A stretch of 64,000 nt of DNA from Antedon mediterranea. Taxonomy: Eukaryota; Animalia; Echinodermata. Position numbers and translations under genes: made by a program. Where the stretch lies: contig NC_092678.1 of NCBI RefSeq assembly GCF_964355755.1, positions 22,709,365 through 22,773,364 on the forward strand, in the 5' to 3' direction. Below, in pieces: positions 12,701-26,305 of the stretch. Each line of letters begins with the position of its first letter. Position 1 is the stretch's first letter. The notes below the pieces were generated by a model. The model saw only the letters and a program-made list of their open reading frames with translations, did no database searches and was not told the origin of the DNA.

Positions 12701-15314
12701 AGGTAAACATCTGTGAAATATTATAAGTTTCAAAATGTGTTCTCCATATCGGTGGCCTTATCATTTCGTCTTTTAACGTTTGTTTCTGTTGTGCTGTTAA
12801 GCATTGTCGAATAGTCTTATCTGAAAACACACAAAAAGAGAATATTATCTGTTGAAACACATATTAAATCTGAACGTGGAAAATAGTGAGCTTTATTGAA
12901 ATCATAGTTACAAATACATACCTTCATCACTTTCTGTTAATTGTGTATCCGAAACTTGGCTTAAGAAACTGTTGAGTACGATGCCAATGATGATGATCAG
13001 CAGTACTACTAATAAAATTATGATTTTTTTTAATTGAAAAAAAACAATATAAATGTAGACAATATCCACAACTCAAAAGTTTAACAATATTAACATCATT
13101 AGAATATATACAAATACAAAGAATAATAAATAAAAATGTTGTTATCTCGAAGTGATACTGTTAAAATCTAAATAGAATTTCAATAAACTGTAAATATTCC
13201 AAACCATAATCTTTGTCACAACCAAAATACTGTATAATCAATTCTTTCTTCATTATGATTATAAACAGGAATAATACTCAAATATTGTTAAATAAGTTAA
13301 TAAAAACATTATTTAGTAGGTGCTAATTCAAAATATTGGCTAATATTGTCTATGACACTGAAAAATAATTTTTTTTTATGTTACTTGTGTCCCAAAATGC
13401 CTTATATACTGGCCTTGATCAGACTGAGTTCGTAAGCAATGCAGAAAGCATGACATTAATTTATTTACTTCTTTTATTGAATATAAAGCATAGCGCATGA
13501 CGTAAAAACTCCCTTGGTGCCTGTACTTGTGCCGGTACTTGTGCCGGTAGTTGTCCCGGTGCTTGTCCCGGTACTTGTGCCGGTACTTGTGCCGGTACTT
13601 GTGCCGGTGCTTGTGCCGGTGCTTGTGCCGGTGCTTGTGCCGGTGCTTGTGCCGGTACTTGTGCCGGTACTTGTGCCGGTGCTTGTGCCGGTGCTTGTGC
13701 CGGTGCTTGTGCCGGTAGTTGTCCCGGTGCTTGTCCCGGTACTTGTGCCGGTACTTGTGCCGGTACTTGTGCCGGTGCTTGTGCCGGTGCTTGTGCCGGT
13801 GCTTGTGCCGGTACTTGTGCCGTTGCTTGTGCCGGTGCTTGTGCCGGTACTTGTGCCGGTACTTGTCCCGGTACTTGTGCCGGTACTTGTGCCGGTACTT
13901 GTCCCGGTACTTGTCCCGGTGCTTGTCCCGGTGCTTGTCCCAGTGCTTGTCCCAGTACTTGATCCGCTGCTGAAGTATGTATGCATATGTATTAGTATAA
14001 ACAAAAATAATCTTCAAAAAGTTCATTTACCACAACTACTAATATTTTGCTTGTTGACTCTTAATTTATTGTGAATGATTTATCATTTTTAACCCATTTT
14101 TTGCTGTACAGTTTTTTCAGGAAAATAATTTTTGGTCAAAGTGAATAGCTATTATGTAACATTAAATAGCATATTAAATAACAAACAAAAAATTTTTTTT
14201 CAGGGTACAATATATCTTTAATAATACCTACATAATATATCAATCCTCAATTCTTTATGTATTAATGATTTGTACTACAAAAAAACGCATTTTGAGGGTA
14301 CAATATTGCAACCATGCCCACTGCATCCTAACCCCTCTCTGCATTTGTTAGTTATAATTCTTTCAGTCACTGGCTAGTCTGGTACATACCTGTGGGAACT
14401 ACCATTGTTGTAGCTGAAGCCGATATCAATGTAGGCTGATAGGGCGTTACTGTAACGTAGATTCATATGCACAAAAAAATAAGATATAAGTTTAAACTTC
14501 ACCAAAATGTTACTAAAATTGAAATATACAGTATTTCCAGAAACTACAAAGACCCCATAAAAATCTTAAATAATTTAGTTTGAATTAATATCTTTGTTAT
14601 TTTGAAATTATTATTTTCAAATAAATGCCATGGCCTTTGATATAGTTTAGTTGTTTAGAGGAAATACGCTCAAGCCATCATTGATTTTGCATGATGTAAT
14701 ACACGGTAAATCCGTGATTAATAATCAATATTGTATTGTTTTCTAAAACAAATGTAATGAGTAAATAAAAAAGAAGCTCTCTATCGAGATGTAGTAGGCA
14801 TACCTAGTAACATATGTTGTGCCACATTGTTTAGTAGTTTTGCAAATGTTTCAATTTGTTGTTGTGAATCTAAGTTTCCGGCTTTCTCAATGTGATATAC
14901 AGCATCCCAAATGTTGTCGTAGTTGAAGGCACTCACCTTGTAGAAATCAATCACATTTCTTAAGTCATCTTTGTCTACGTTAATAAGCGTTGTAAACAGT
15001 GCTCTGCGGTAGTTGGTTATTATTGTCTCTGATGTGTTATTACTACATTGTACAGTATTCTTGTATTCTGTTATACAATTTATCGCTGATTCCTGATTAG
15101 TTACTTCAGCAATCTCCAACAACAGCCTCACATCAGTTTTTGAGATAAATCGATTGTCAGTAAGTGTATTAAATAGGCACAAGGCTGATTTATTTAGATC
15201 GCCAATGGGTATAACACTATACAGAAGCATTCTTAACTTCCGAACGTCCACGCCAGCATAGGATTTGCTAAGTTTTTCCAGAAACATTTGGTATTTAACA
15301 TCATTTTCGTCCAT
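9756..15314 (-). pseudogene. Copy 2: DED-DED/(AQVP)n/TM/NACHT/LRR/multi-TM NLR with a single in-frame TGA at 11031-11033
   Basis: Exons 15314-14804, 14449-14390 (60), 13969-13469 (501), 13008-12922 (87; IVLLIIIIGIVLNSFL), 12820-9756. Walker A GNGGIGKT, Walker B LVILIDGLDEL. ORFs 11031-12860 and 9756-11024 share a frame. 982 aa to the stop, 1407 aa without it; it may be expressed as a truncated protein. Confidence 0.8.
13520..13961 (-). repeat. Coding 12-bp VNTR (~37 units) encoding (A/G)Q(V/A/L)P
   Basis: Unit GTGCCGGTACTT and variants; splice phase places it in the CAA GTA CCG GCA frame. Confidence 0.9.
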
Positions 15315-15918
15315 TTTTAATCTGAAAACAAAAACCTATTAGTAAAAAACTCACAATATTAACTCAATTTGGAACAAATTTCATACATTGTAGCCAGCTA
15401 AGGACAAGAAAAATTGTTCAAATGTAAGCAATTAATGTGTAGGCCTAACTTTCTAACTATGCATAGTCCCAAATGTTCAACACACTCTGACCTGAAGAAT
15501 CTTTAGTTTAAAGTACATTAGGCCTACTAATTCAATATCAACATTACAGTTATTACCAACAATATAACTGACCTATTTCAATGTATTGGAAATAACAGCC
15601 TTATAAATTAAAATTCCATTTTTTTTCAATATTCATCAACAGTATTTCTTTCTTTTTTCCCATCATCTCAATTTTTTGCCGATTGAAGTTTGATCAGATG
15701 CCTCGTAAACTGATCGAAACGTTTAGTGCAAGAACTATATAATACTATATGTACTGATTTATACTTTACCAGTTGTTGTTTCTTTCTGATGAACAGTAAC
15801 AGTAGGCGTATTCAAAATCGACAAGACAAGTTCCAAAATGGTTGCTGTACACTGAACCGTAACATCTCAGGGTTGACTTTATCGTTTTTTCATTTTAATC
15901 TCTACTTGTTTTTTTGTC

Positions 15919-15930
15919 TGAAACGAAACG
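15919..15930. promoter_or_regulatory. ISRE/IRF-like GAAACGAAAC upstream of the putative first exon (donor at 15768-15769); also at ~24756 and ~57407
   Basis: Motif resemblance and position only; the three copies are recent duplicates and so not independent support. Confidence 0.25.
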
Positions 15931-16967
15931 TTTTTCTGAGTCTTCTCCTAGTGTAGGCCTATGCCTACTGTTAAATCCAATTCAGAAGAGTTTGCAATAA
16001 AACTGATTTATTGAACCTGAACCTGTGTAGATCCTATTTTAATGCACTTGTCGTGCTAAATAAATTGCCTAGGAATATAATGGCGACAACAAGTATTTTG
16101 AAGTATTGTATGTAGAGTATTGTATATTATTCAGTAATTATTCTATTTCACTGAAGCGTGTTTGAACGGGTCAACGTCACAATAACGAACTTTTGTGAAG
16201 AACGTGTTAACATTATACAGAAAGCGCCATATAAATATGATATTAGGGACTTTTAGATTTTAGGTCGTAGTCTACTGTTAAGTGGACATTACGTTGACGT
16301 GCCAGTGAACGTATAACGTAAAGACCTTGGGATCTTACTGCGTAACCTCTAGAATAGCTATTCCATCGCTGGTGGACGGGCTTATAGGTCAGGCTAAGTT
16401 TGTAGCTTGGCTTAGCCTAGATCCTTCATTTTCTGAACAAAGGTTGGCGTCCTAGTGATAAAACTCAAAACCTGTAGTATTTTTTTTAGTTTCTTGTGAG
16501 CTTTATTCAATCAATCATATTATTTTTTTAGTCATAATAATGTGTAGTATTATATTTGCAATTTTTTTTGTAAATATATTTGTATTGTAGCCTAGGCTAT
16601 ATAACAATAACACGTGAAGTAAAATATCGAGTCGTTAAAGAGACAATAAGCAATAATCGTATATGAGGGTTTAAATGTTAAAAAACTGAACAATATAATA
16701 ACATTTTAAAATATAAGACCAGAATAGTTTATTCATTTAGATAAAATCGAGAATGATAAATATTTTGTTCATGATACGTTGAGATTTTAGGTATTAAAAT
16801 ATTTGTTAAGGAGATTAGTATAAATTGTTTTTTTCAATAGACCTGTTAAAATAAAATATTTATTATAATTATTAAAATTAGCTCTTTATTTAAAATAACC
16901 AATAAAAATCGATAAGTCACAGTTTGTAAATATAATTAATGTACTTTATTTACTACATTCTCAGAAA

Positions 16968-17146
16968 ATCGCGAGACCATTCTCAGAAAATCATTGCGAG
17001 ACCATTCTTCTCCGCCAATCATCGCGAGACCATTCTCCGCCAATCATCGCGAGACCATTCTCGGCCGCCAATCATCGCGAGACCATTCTCCGCCAATCAT
17101 CGCGAGACCATTCACCGCCAATCATCGCGAGACCAGTCTCCGCCAT
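16968..17146. repeat. CpG-rich ~25-bp minisatellite TCGCGAGACCATTCTCCGCCAATCA (7 units)
   Basis: Direct tandem repeats with no unique spacers. Confidence 0.9.
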
Positions 17147-17699
17147 GATTCGTGGTAAACTTTTGCAGTGATATGACGTCATACATCCACTCGTCAAAGA
17201 GCGAACGCGCCAAATGCCACGTGAACATGCCAGTCGCCTAGCGCGCGCACGACCATATCATAAGAATGACGTCATAGTGTAACAGTCGGCACAGTGGACG
17301 TGCAAAAAACTCCCGTATTAAATGAGGAACGTTGAAAAGACAATAAAAATAAGTCTACAATTACTATTACCGTATAGTATGTTTATCTAATACAAGTATG
17401 CAACACTGAAGATTTCGATTGTGAATATTTCTTAAGTAAAATTGCCCCGTATGTATCACAACCAGAATGTGTATTTATATTGTGGGTTCAATAGGGGAAA
17501 TTTTTCTGATTAAAAAAAGATGTCCTTGTTAATATAACAATAACATATAATAATATACTTTAAATATGTTAACTTTAATGTTGTATGCAGACACCTTTCT
17601 ATAATAATAATAATAATAATAATTATATTTTAGTGTGCTTTTTTATTTTATTTTTAAATTTATTTTAAAGCATATCACTCTTACATTTTAAATTACTAC

Positions 17700-18620
17700 T
17701 GAACATTTTAGCAGTATTGATAAAAAAAACCTGTTATTTACACCAACTGTGAACTACTCTATAATGTATATGTATTTACTATTTATTTATCTCAATTTAT
17801 TCAATAATGCTAAATTGTTCTTTCTCCAAATTAGTTACTTGATGACATTATTTTGTTGTATATTAATTACATAACAATTATAGAATCTTCTTTACAAGCT
17901 CTAGTTATATCATCTGAATAACAGAATAAATAATTGAAAATAAAAATGTTGATATTTTGTTGCTTAGTTTTCTGTACACATTATGCTTGGCATGAATCAA
18001 TACATTTAAGAAAGTTGTAGATTGAGTGTGACTTAATAATTATAGTTTTTTTTTTGGTCTATTTTTTGAAATTCTTCTTATAAAATAGTATTACGAATTT
18101 TTACAACATTGCATTTTAGTTATACACACTTTTAATAAAATATATATTTCGCCTTAGCACCGATGTTTCCCAATGTTCTGTAAATAAATTTAAATCTGAC
18201 CGAGTTGTAGCAGTCTTTATTTTTAGAAGAAGGAATACGGCACACTTTTCCAGTTTGTGTTTAAACGACCGACATTGTATTTACCAAATTGTTTAAATAC
18301 TGAACAATTTATATCCAAATACGTCTTTCATTCGTAGTAAAGTGATTTTGCTGCCTCATATGTTGCTGTATTCACGCTTGAGTAAGCTCATTTGCATTCT
18401 CTCTTCAACAGATGCATTTATGTTTATAGCGTTCCAGCCCACGTGTCTGAGATGTGTTTACTATTGCTATTGTTTTGTACAGACGAAATCTAGGCCCGAC
18501 CTTTGTCAAGCCAGGAAGTACTCAATCACACGGTAAGCGGCGCATTTGTTTATTTTTCTTGTTGATGCATAACTGCTAGGCCTAGACACATTTTATCGTT
18601 TAGCTTTTAGTGACTGTAGT
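17700..18620. repeat. ~1-kb block repeated downstream of NLR 3' ends (also ~26630-27850, 35185-36130, 42340-43260, 62460-63450)
   Basis: Shared strings TGAACTACTCTATAATG, GGCATGAATCA, TAAGCTCATTTGCATTCT and CACGTGTCTGAGATGTGTTTACT, with minor variants, in all five copies. Confidence 0.85.
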
Positions 18621-18874
18621 GAGTACAGAAGTAAAGTATCAATACTTAAGAGATGTAAAGACACAAAAACGACTACAAACAGAAATAGAGAAAAAAACAA
18701 TTAGTTTAATAAAATATCGTAAACAGCTATAAATAAGCCATTGGGCATAAACGAAAATAATAAATCTAAATGTACATGGAGTTACTCCCTGGTAATATTA
18801 ATCATGGAAAAATAAGTTTTCTCTCCATGTATTAATCAAGTTAACTTAGGCCAGGGAGTTGTAAATTAATTATT

Positions 18875-21800
18875 TTATAACTCCCTGCTTAGGCCTAGAA
18901 GAACTGCAAACAATATACACATACATTTAATAAATAAACTAAGGCTAATCAAATAAATGAAATGATGAGATCGAATGTATCCTCGGTTGTGTAATATATA
19001 TAAAAGAAGATAATAACACGTTATCAGACTTAAGAACGCTATTTTGTGATTATATATAGAACTTTCTAAAAACAAGTTCAGTCGATGTTTATTTCGTTTT
19101 TGTATTATACAACTGTGATAAGGCCTAAGGTTCAATTTCTGTCCTTTCAATGTTATACTACTGTTTGTTTGTGTGATAACCATTGATTTGAATAATAATT
19201 TATCATGAATATCATACAAGTAATTTCCATCAAGAGATATTAAATCAACTTTAATTCCCTTTCCAGAATATCCTTTTAGCATGCCTATAACATTATAATT
19301 TACTAATTGACAGTAATTCATAGAAAGGCGTGTCAAGTTTGGAAACATAACAAATATATTAGCTAGTGTACTGCCATTGATTGAAGATAGGTCGACAAAA
19401 TCTAAATGAAGAATTTTCCATCTAAATCTGTAACGCTTAGGTGATATTAACAGATCGTGTAATTGTTTGGCTGATAAAGAATGACCAATCCATGAAAATC
19501 CAACTTCTTCTTCTACAGATATTTTTAAGACATTGATAACTTTTGCAAGTAAATAAGTATCAATACCTGAAAGATCATTTAGCTCTAAATTGATTAAATT
19601 TTTCCTTAAATATGTTATATCTACTTCGTTCAGCATATGAACTATTTGTTTACTTGATAAAAAACAACTATTTAGTTCAAAAATTGTTAAATCTTCAGAA
19701 GTATTTAATATGTGATCTAGTAAAGCCCCATTGATATGTGACAAATTATTGTTCCCAAGATAGAACGAACTCAAGTTAGCAAATGTTTCACTGTGCTTAC
19801 ATTCTGTCAGCATTGAGTTAATAAGAGAACTGTGTGATGCACCCTTTGAGTCCCGAGAAAACCCTATCGATAGTAGGCTTAGGTTTGGAAAGTTTTGAAA
19901 TAATTTACACATGCGTGAGCCAGTACTGCTACTATATGAAATGTGTGGCTCATCTTCAAATAACACAAAATAACGTATTTCTTCGCCTAAATTATATTTC
20001 TTCCATTCAATCGAGAGAATCTCAAGGGCCTCATCACCATATTTTTCAATTAGTTTGATCAAATACCCATCACGATTAGATAAGGTTACTGGTATGGTAT
20101 CAGCACTATATAATTGTAATATGATTGAAAGGTGAGCTATAATCCTGCAATCAATTTTACAAGGTGTGTTAGACTCCGTTATAAATGACGACACAATTCT
20201 TGTTAATTTATTACTATCGTTTATAAGTATAGTATGAAACGTATTCATTAATTGTATTAAATGCATACTATTGTCACCATTGACACCAAAAACAAAAAAC
20301 ATCCAATGATTTTAATACCTTTTTCTGGTATGTTTGATTTACATATTTAAAGTACTTTGAAAATGAGTAATAATGTGAGGCACTATTTACCAACCAGTGT
20401 TTCATTAATTTATCTGCATTGGGGCCTAGAAAAGTAATAGTGAAAACTCTTGTAATGTATAAATACTCAGTCGTCCTTAAGTTCTCGCATTCCTCAGATG
20501 TTAAAGTATCAATTTTGTTAGACAAGTAAAACCCGGCTAGTGCCTCTGACAATAACCTATGCGGACTTCTGTAAGTCTCTATAAAACTGTCCTGAACAGT
20601 AGAAGTATCTTTGTAAACAAATCCTAATTTTAGTGATAAGTCAACTAAAGTATCATTTTTAACTACAGAATTTAAGTCAGTTTTAGTAAAATGAAGTAAC
20701 ATTCTTTTTAAACCAATGTAACTAATTTCACCTAATATTATAATTGCGTTTTTATAATCTGTGGGAATGTTGTCAAAGTCTGTTATTGCTTTTGTAGTAG
20801 GTTCATCCCTTCTATTAATGTACTGATTTAAAATTGTGCGGAAAATTTCTTTAAATAAATGTTGAAGATTATAGGGAATCACTTGTTCATGTTCCCACAA
20901 AACACACATTTTAAGTAAAAGAAATGGAGATGAAAATAGTTCAAATATGTCTATGTGAATACCGCCCCAACTAGTTACATCATATGAATCAAGATTAAAT
21001 TCACTAATCAATATCTGACCCAATTCAGACTTTCCAATAGATTTGAAATACCTCTTGATATATGGTTTTATGCTTTTTGTATCAAATCCTTCTACTTTTA
21101 CATGTATGTCATAATATTTATGTAAACTTTCAGTAAAACCTGGTCGCGAAGTAAGAATAACTGTACTGTCTTCCAGTTCTTTACTTTTTAATATCATTGG
21201 AATATCAACCCCATTTATTAACTCATCTAATCCATCTATCAGAAAAACTAATTCTCTGTCGTGATCCTCTATAAACATTTGTATAATTGTTTTATTGATA
21301 TGGAGACCTGTTTTTTTACGAAAACGTATTAGGTCAACTTCATCAACTGTTGTATCTGTGATTGTTTGACCTGCCTTGATGTCTCTGAGGTTTACGAAAA
21401 ACAAAATTTTACCAGCAAATGTAGTATCAGAATTTGTCGCCCAGTTATAAGATATATATTTAAGTAATGTTGTCTTACCAATTCCCCCATTTCCAGTAAT
21501 CAATACCTTACATGAGTCTCTGGACTTTATAATACTCAATAATTCTAGTAAAGATGTTTGCTTTTGTTCTCCATTTGGTGTACTGATGATATATAGTTCT
21601 GGATCGGTAAAGATTTGTGAAATATTATGATATTTATCTTCCCTGAACGTTGGTGGTCTTATAAATGGATCTTTACATTTTTTTCTCTGTTCTTCTGATA
21701 AGTAGTTTCGAATAAGCTCATCTGAAATGAAGACCATTTATGAAAAGAAATAAAAAGTGTAACAAAAATGAAATGTATACACCAAATAGGACAGGGAAGA

Positions 21801-24183
21801 ATTTTACTCGGGGTACCCGAGTCTAGGACCCTCATTTTCTCTTCCATCCGACACTATTGAGTAAAAAGTGCGATTTATAAAGTACTACTCCTCCCTTATT
21901 CGTTGTAGTATCGATCTGGGTTTTGGCATGAATATACTACAGGGACATGTCATCAAAGGTATAGAGCCAAAATGTTTAATTAATATAATTAATACGCAGC
22001 CATATGACGTCTCGAAGATGGTACCATATAGCCGTATTTGGTAGCGAGGTTGTTGATGTGTATGTGACGTCACATCCCGTCTTATGACGTCATTACAACT
22101 TCTTTTGCTGTACCCCGAGTATCGCACATTCGTGTTTGTTTTTTAATTTGAAACTGGTGAACAGTCAACAACGTTAGAACAATAGAAACATAATAATAAT
22201 AATAATTATAGGCCTAACATAATAATTAATAAACATATTTAATAATAAACATAATTACCTTCTGTTAATATGTGGTCTGAAAATTTAGTCGCAAAAACGT
22301 GGAATAAGTATGATGAGAGTGTGACAGCTGAGATGACAACAACAATAAATGCAAAGACCATCGCTAAAGCTGTAAAAAAAAAAAACTTTACGGGTTATTT
22401 CAGGATAACTACATTGGATGTACGGTTTAAGTTCATTTTTGAGGATTTTTTATAGAAAAGAAAAATTAAATTAAATATGCTTTTGAATACATTGCTCTTC
22501 TTATTTTGATTTGTCGTAGGTCAATGTTACATTCTAAATTCATTAAAAGATTTAGATTTCCGGTTACCTGTAGGATAGAAACAAAATTACAATACTCCAA
22601 ATAAAAATAATCCGAACAACGTCATTAACCCAAATAACGTCATTTACTCATAACCAATGCTATTATTTTAGTGTCTGTTGTGACACCATAGATCATTCTC
22701 TATGACCGTTTTTTCCAAGATGATGAAGTGGTTATGAAAAATATCGACATTGGATTTATTTTGTAATGGTTTACGCCACCTACGGGTCAATATCATCATT
22801 ACATTATATGATAATGAATGGTGCATGTAGCTCACGTCACTGTATTGTGTTTCATACATCTATCACAGCATTACAGTATTTTATAATATCTGAATTTTCA
22901 ATCTCAGAAAATGGAGTCTCATGAAGCCCTTTTCCCTCTCTTGCACCCGTGCACCCCAATGTTTTGTATTCACTGGATTTTTTAATGATGTTACTGAATA
23001 GGCTAACCTCCATACCTGTAGAATTTGATATCCGTGTTGGTGTCGATGCTGAAGTCGATGTTTGAATAACTGTAGGCTGATAGGGTTTAGCTGATAGGTT
23101 CAAATGCACCGAGAAATACAAATAGAAATCAAAATATAATATAAGTTTTAAACTTAACCAACTAACTAAAAACAGGAACATTTTTAGATTATCAGAAATT
23201 GCTGTACATATGGTTTTATGCTTCTTACATGATGAAGATATCCAGTTATTCTTATGTTCTAGGCCTAAATTTAAATTTAAAATAAAATTCTAAAATAAGT
23301 TAAAATATTTTAACAATTGCAACCATACCCACTGCACCCTTCTGTCACTGGCTAGTCTGCTACATACCTGTGGGAACTACCATTGTTGTAGCTGAAGCCG
23401 GTATCAAGGTAGGCTGATAGAATGTTGCTGTAAGTTAGATTCATATGCACAAAAGAAATGAAGATATAAGTTTAAACTTCACCAAAATGTTACTAAAATT
23501 GAAATATACAGTATTTCCAGAAACTATAAAGACCCCATGAAAATCTTAAATAATTTAGTTTGAATTAATATCTTTGTTATTTTGAAATTATTATTTTCAA
23601 ATAAATGCCATGGCCTTTGATATAGTTTAGTTGTTTAGAGGAAATACGCTCAAGCCATCATTGATTTTGCATGATGTACTACACGGTAAATCCGTGATTA
23701 ATAATAAATATTATTATTTTCTAAAACAAATTTAATGAGCAAATAAAAAAGAATCTCAATCGAGATGTGGTAGGCATACCCAGTAGAATATGTTGTGCCG
23801 CATTGTTTAGTAGTTTTGCAAATATTTCAATTTGTTCTCGTGAATCCAAGTTTCCGGCTTTCTCAATGTGATATACAACATCCCAAATGTTGTCGTAGTT
23901 GAAGGCACTCAGCTTGTAGAAATCAATCACATTCCTTAAGTCATCTTTGTCTACGTTAATAAGCGTTGTAAACAGTGCTCTGCGGTAGTTGGTTATTATT
24001 GTCAGTTTTTGAGATAAATCGATTGCGAGTAAGAGTATTAAATAGGCCCATGGCTGACTGATCTAGACCGCCAATAGGTATAATACCACATAGAAGCATT
24101 CTTAACTTCCGAACGTCCACGCCAGCATAGGATTTGCTAAGTTTTTCCAGAAACATTTGGTATTTAACATCATTTTCGTCCAT
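18875..24183 (-). pseudogene. Copy 3: DED/TM/NACHT/LRR/TM NLR pseudogene
   Basis: Exons 24183-23780 (107-bp frameshifting deletion at ~24003 vs copy 2), 23427-23368, 23090-23016, 22567-~22549 (donor deleted), 22363-22259 (TM), 21721-18875 (deletion/frameshift at ~20295). Confidence 0.85.
21761..22140. mobile_element. Small non-autonomous element with asymmetric subterminal inverted repeats (Helentron/HINE-like or MITE) in the last intron of copy 3
   Basis: TACTCGGGGTAC at 21805-21816 is inverted at 22110-22121; AACAAA..TTTGTT ends; absent from the paralogous introns of copies 4-6. Confidence 0.55.
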
Positions 24184-26305
24184 TTTTAATCTGAAAACAA
24201 AAACCTATTAGTAAAAAACTCACAATATTAACACAATTTGGAACAATTTTCATACATTGTAGCCAGCTAAGGACAAGAACAATTGTTCAAATGTAAGCAA
24301 TTAATGTGTAGGCCTAACTTTCTAACTATGCATAGTCCCAAATGTTCAACACACTCTGACCTGAAGAATCTTTAGTTTAAACCACATTAGGCCTACTAAT
24401 TCAATATCAACATTACAGTTATTACCAACAATATAACTGACCTATTTCAATGTATTGGAAATAACAGCCTTATAAATTAAAATTCCAGTATTTCTTTCTT
24501 TTTTCCCATCATCTAATTTTTTTGCCGATTGAAGTTTGATCAGATGCCTCGTAAACTGATCGAAACGAACTATATAATACTATGTGTACTGATTTATACT
24601 TTACCAGTTGTTGTTTCTTTCTGATGAACAGTAACGGTAGGCGTATTCAAAATCGACAAGACAAGTTCCAAAATGGTTGCTGTACACTGAACCGTAACAT
24701 CTCAGGGTTGACTTTATCGTTTTTTTCATTTTAATATCTACTTGTTTTTTTGTCTGAAACGAAACGTTTTTCTGAGTCTTCTCCTAGTGTAGGCCTATGC
24801 CTACTGTTAAATCCAATTCAGAAGAGTTTGCAACAAAACTGATTTATTGAACCTGAACCTGTGTAGATCCTATTTTAATGCACTTGTCGTGCTAAATAAA
24901 TTGCCTAGGAATATAATGGCGACAACAAGTATTTTGAAGTATTGTATGTAGAGTATTGTATATTATTCAGTAATTATTCTATTTCACTGAAGCGTGTTTG
25001 AACGGGTCAACGTCACAATAACGAACTTTTGTGAAGAACGTGTTAATATTATACAGAAAGCGCCATATAAATATGACATTAGGGACTTTTAGATTTGAGT
25101 GAACGTGCACGACGTTCATGTCTACATGGGTCGTAGTCTACTGTTAAGTGGACATTACGTTGACGTGCCAGTGAACGTATAACGTAAAGACCTTGGGATC
25201 TTACTGCGTAACCTCTAGAATAGCTATTCCATCGCTGGTGGACGGGCTTATAGGTCAGGCTAAGTTTGTAGCTTGGCTTAGCCTAGATCCTTCATTTTCT
25301 GAACAAAGGTTGGCGTCCTAGTGATAAAACTCAAAACCTGTAGTATTTTTTTTAGTTTCTTGTGAGCTTTATTCAATCAATCATATTATTTTTTTAGTCA
25401 TAATAATGTGTAGTATTTGCAATTTTTTTTGTAAATATATTTGTAGCCTAGGCTATATAACAATAACACGTGAAGTAAAATATCGAGTCGTTAAAGAGAC
25501 AATAAGCAATAATCGTATATGAGGGTTTAAATGTTAAAAAACTGAACATTATAATAACATTTTAAAATATAAGACCAGAATAGTTTATTCATTTAGATAA
25601 AATCGAGAATGATAAATATTTTGTTCATGATACGTTGAGATTTTAGGTATTAAAATATTTGTTAAGGAGATTAGTATAAATTGTTTTTTTCAATAGACCT
25701 ATTTCTATTTTTCGGTGTTAAAATAAAATATTTATTATAATTATTAAAATTAGCTCTTTATTTAAAATAACCAATAAAAATCGATAAGTCACAGTTTGTA
25801 AATATAATTAATGTACTTTATTTACTACATTCTCAGAAAATCGCGAGACCATTCTCAGAAAATCATTGCGAGACCATTCTTCTCCGCCAATCATCGCGAG
25901 ACCATTCTCCGCCAATCATCGCGAGACCATTCTCGGCCGCCAATCATCGCGAGACCATTCTTCTCCGACAATCATCGCAAGACCATTCTCCGCCAATCAT
26001 CGCGAGACCATTCTCCGCCAATCATCGCGAGACCATTCACCGCCAATCATCGCGAGACCATTCTCCGCCATGATTCGTGGTAAACTTTTGCAGTGATATG
26101 ACGTCATACATCCACTCGTCAAAGAGCGAACGCGCCAAATGCCACGTGAACATGCCAGTCGCCTAGCGCGCGCGACCATATCATAAGAATGACGTCATAG
26201 TGTAACAGTCGGCACAGTGGACGTGCAAACAACTCCCGTATTAAATGAGGAACGTTGAAAAGACAATAAAAATAAGTCTACAATTACTATTACCGTATAG
26301 TATGT
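22250..26305. repeat. Recent segmental duplication, near-identical to ~54820-58963; 23310-27200 is also near-identical to ~14310-18320
   Basis: Long colinear identity, including introns and upstream DNA. Confidence 0.9.
25841..26070. repeat. 25-bp minisatellite, second copy (9 units)
   Basis: Same unit as 16968-17146. Confidence 0.9.

Noticed and set aside
13376-14074. ORF-track proteins (RHKY)n, (GTST)n, (VPVL)n and (CRYL)n
   Set aside because: Stop-free alternative frames of the 12-bp VNTR; splice phase supports the AQVP frame.
16968-17146. CRISPR-like look of the 25-bp repeats (also 25841, 58499) and of the 58963-60597 array
   Set aside because: Head-to-tail repeats without unique spacers, no cas genes, and spliceosomal eukaryotic context.
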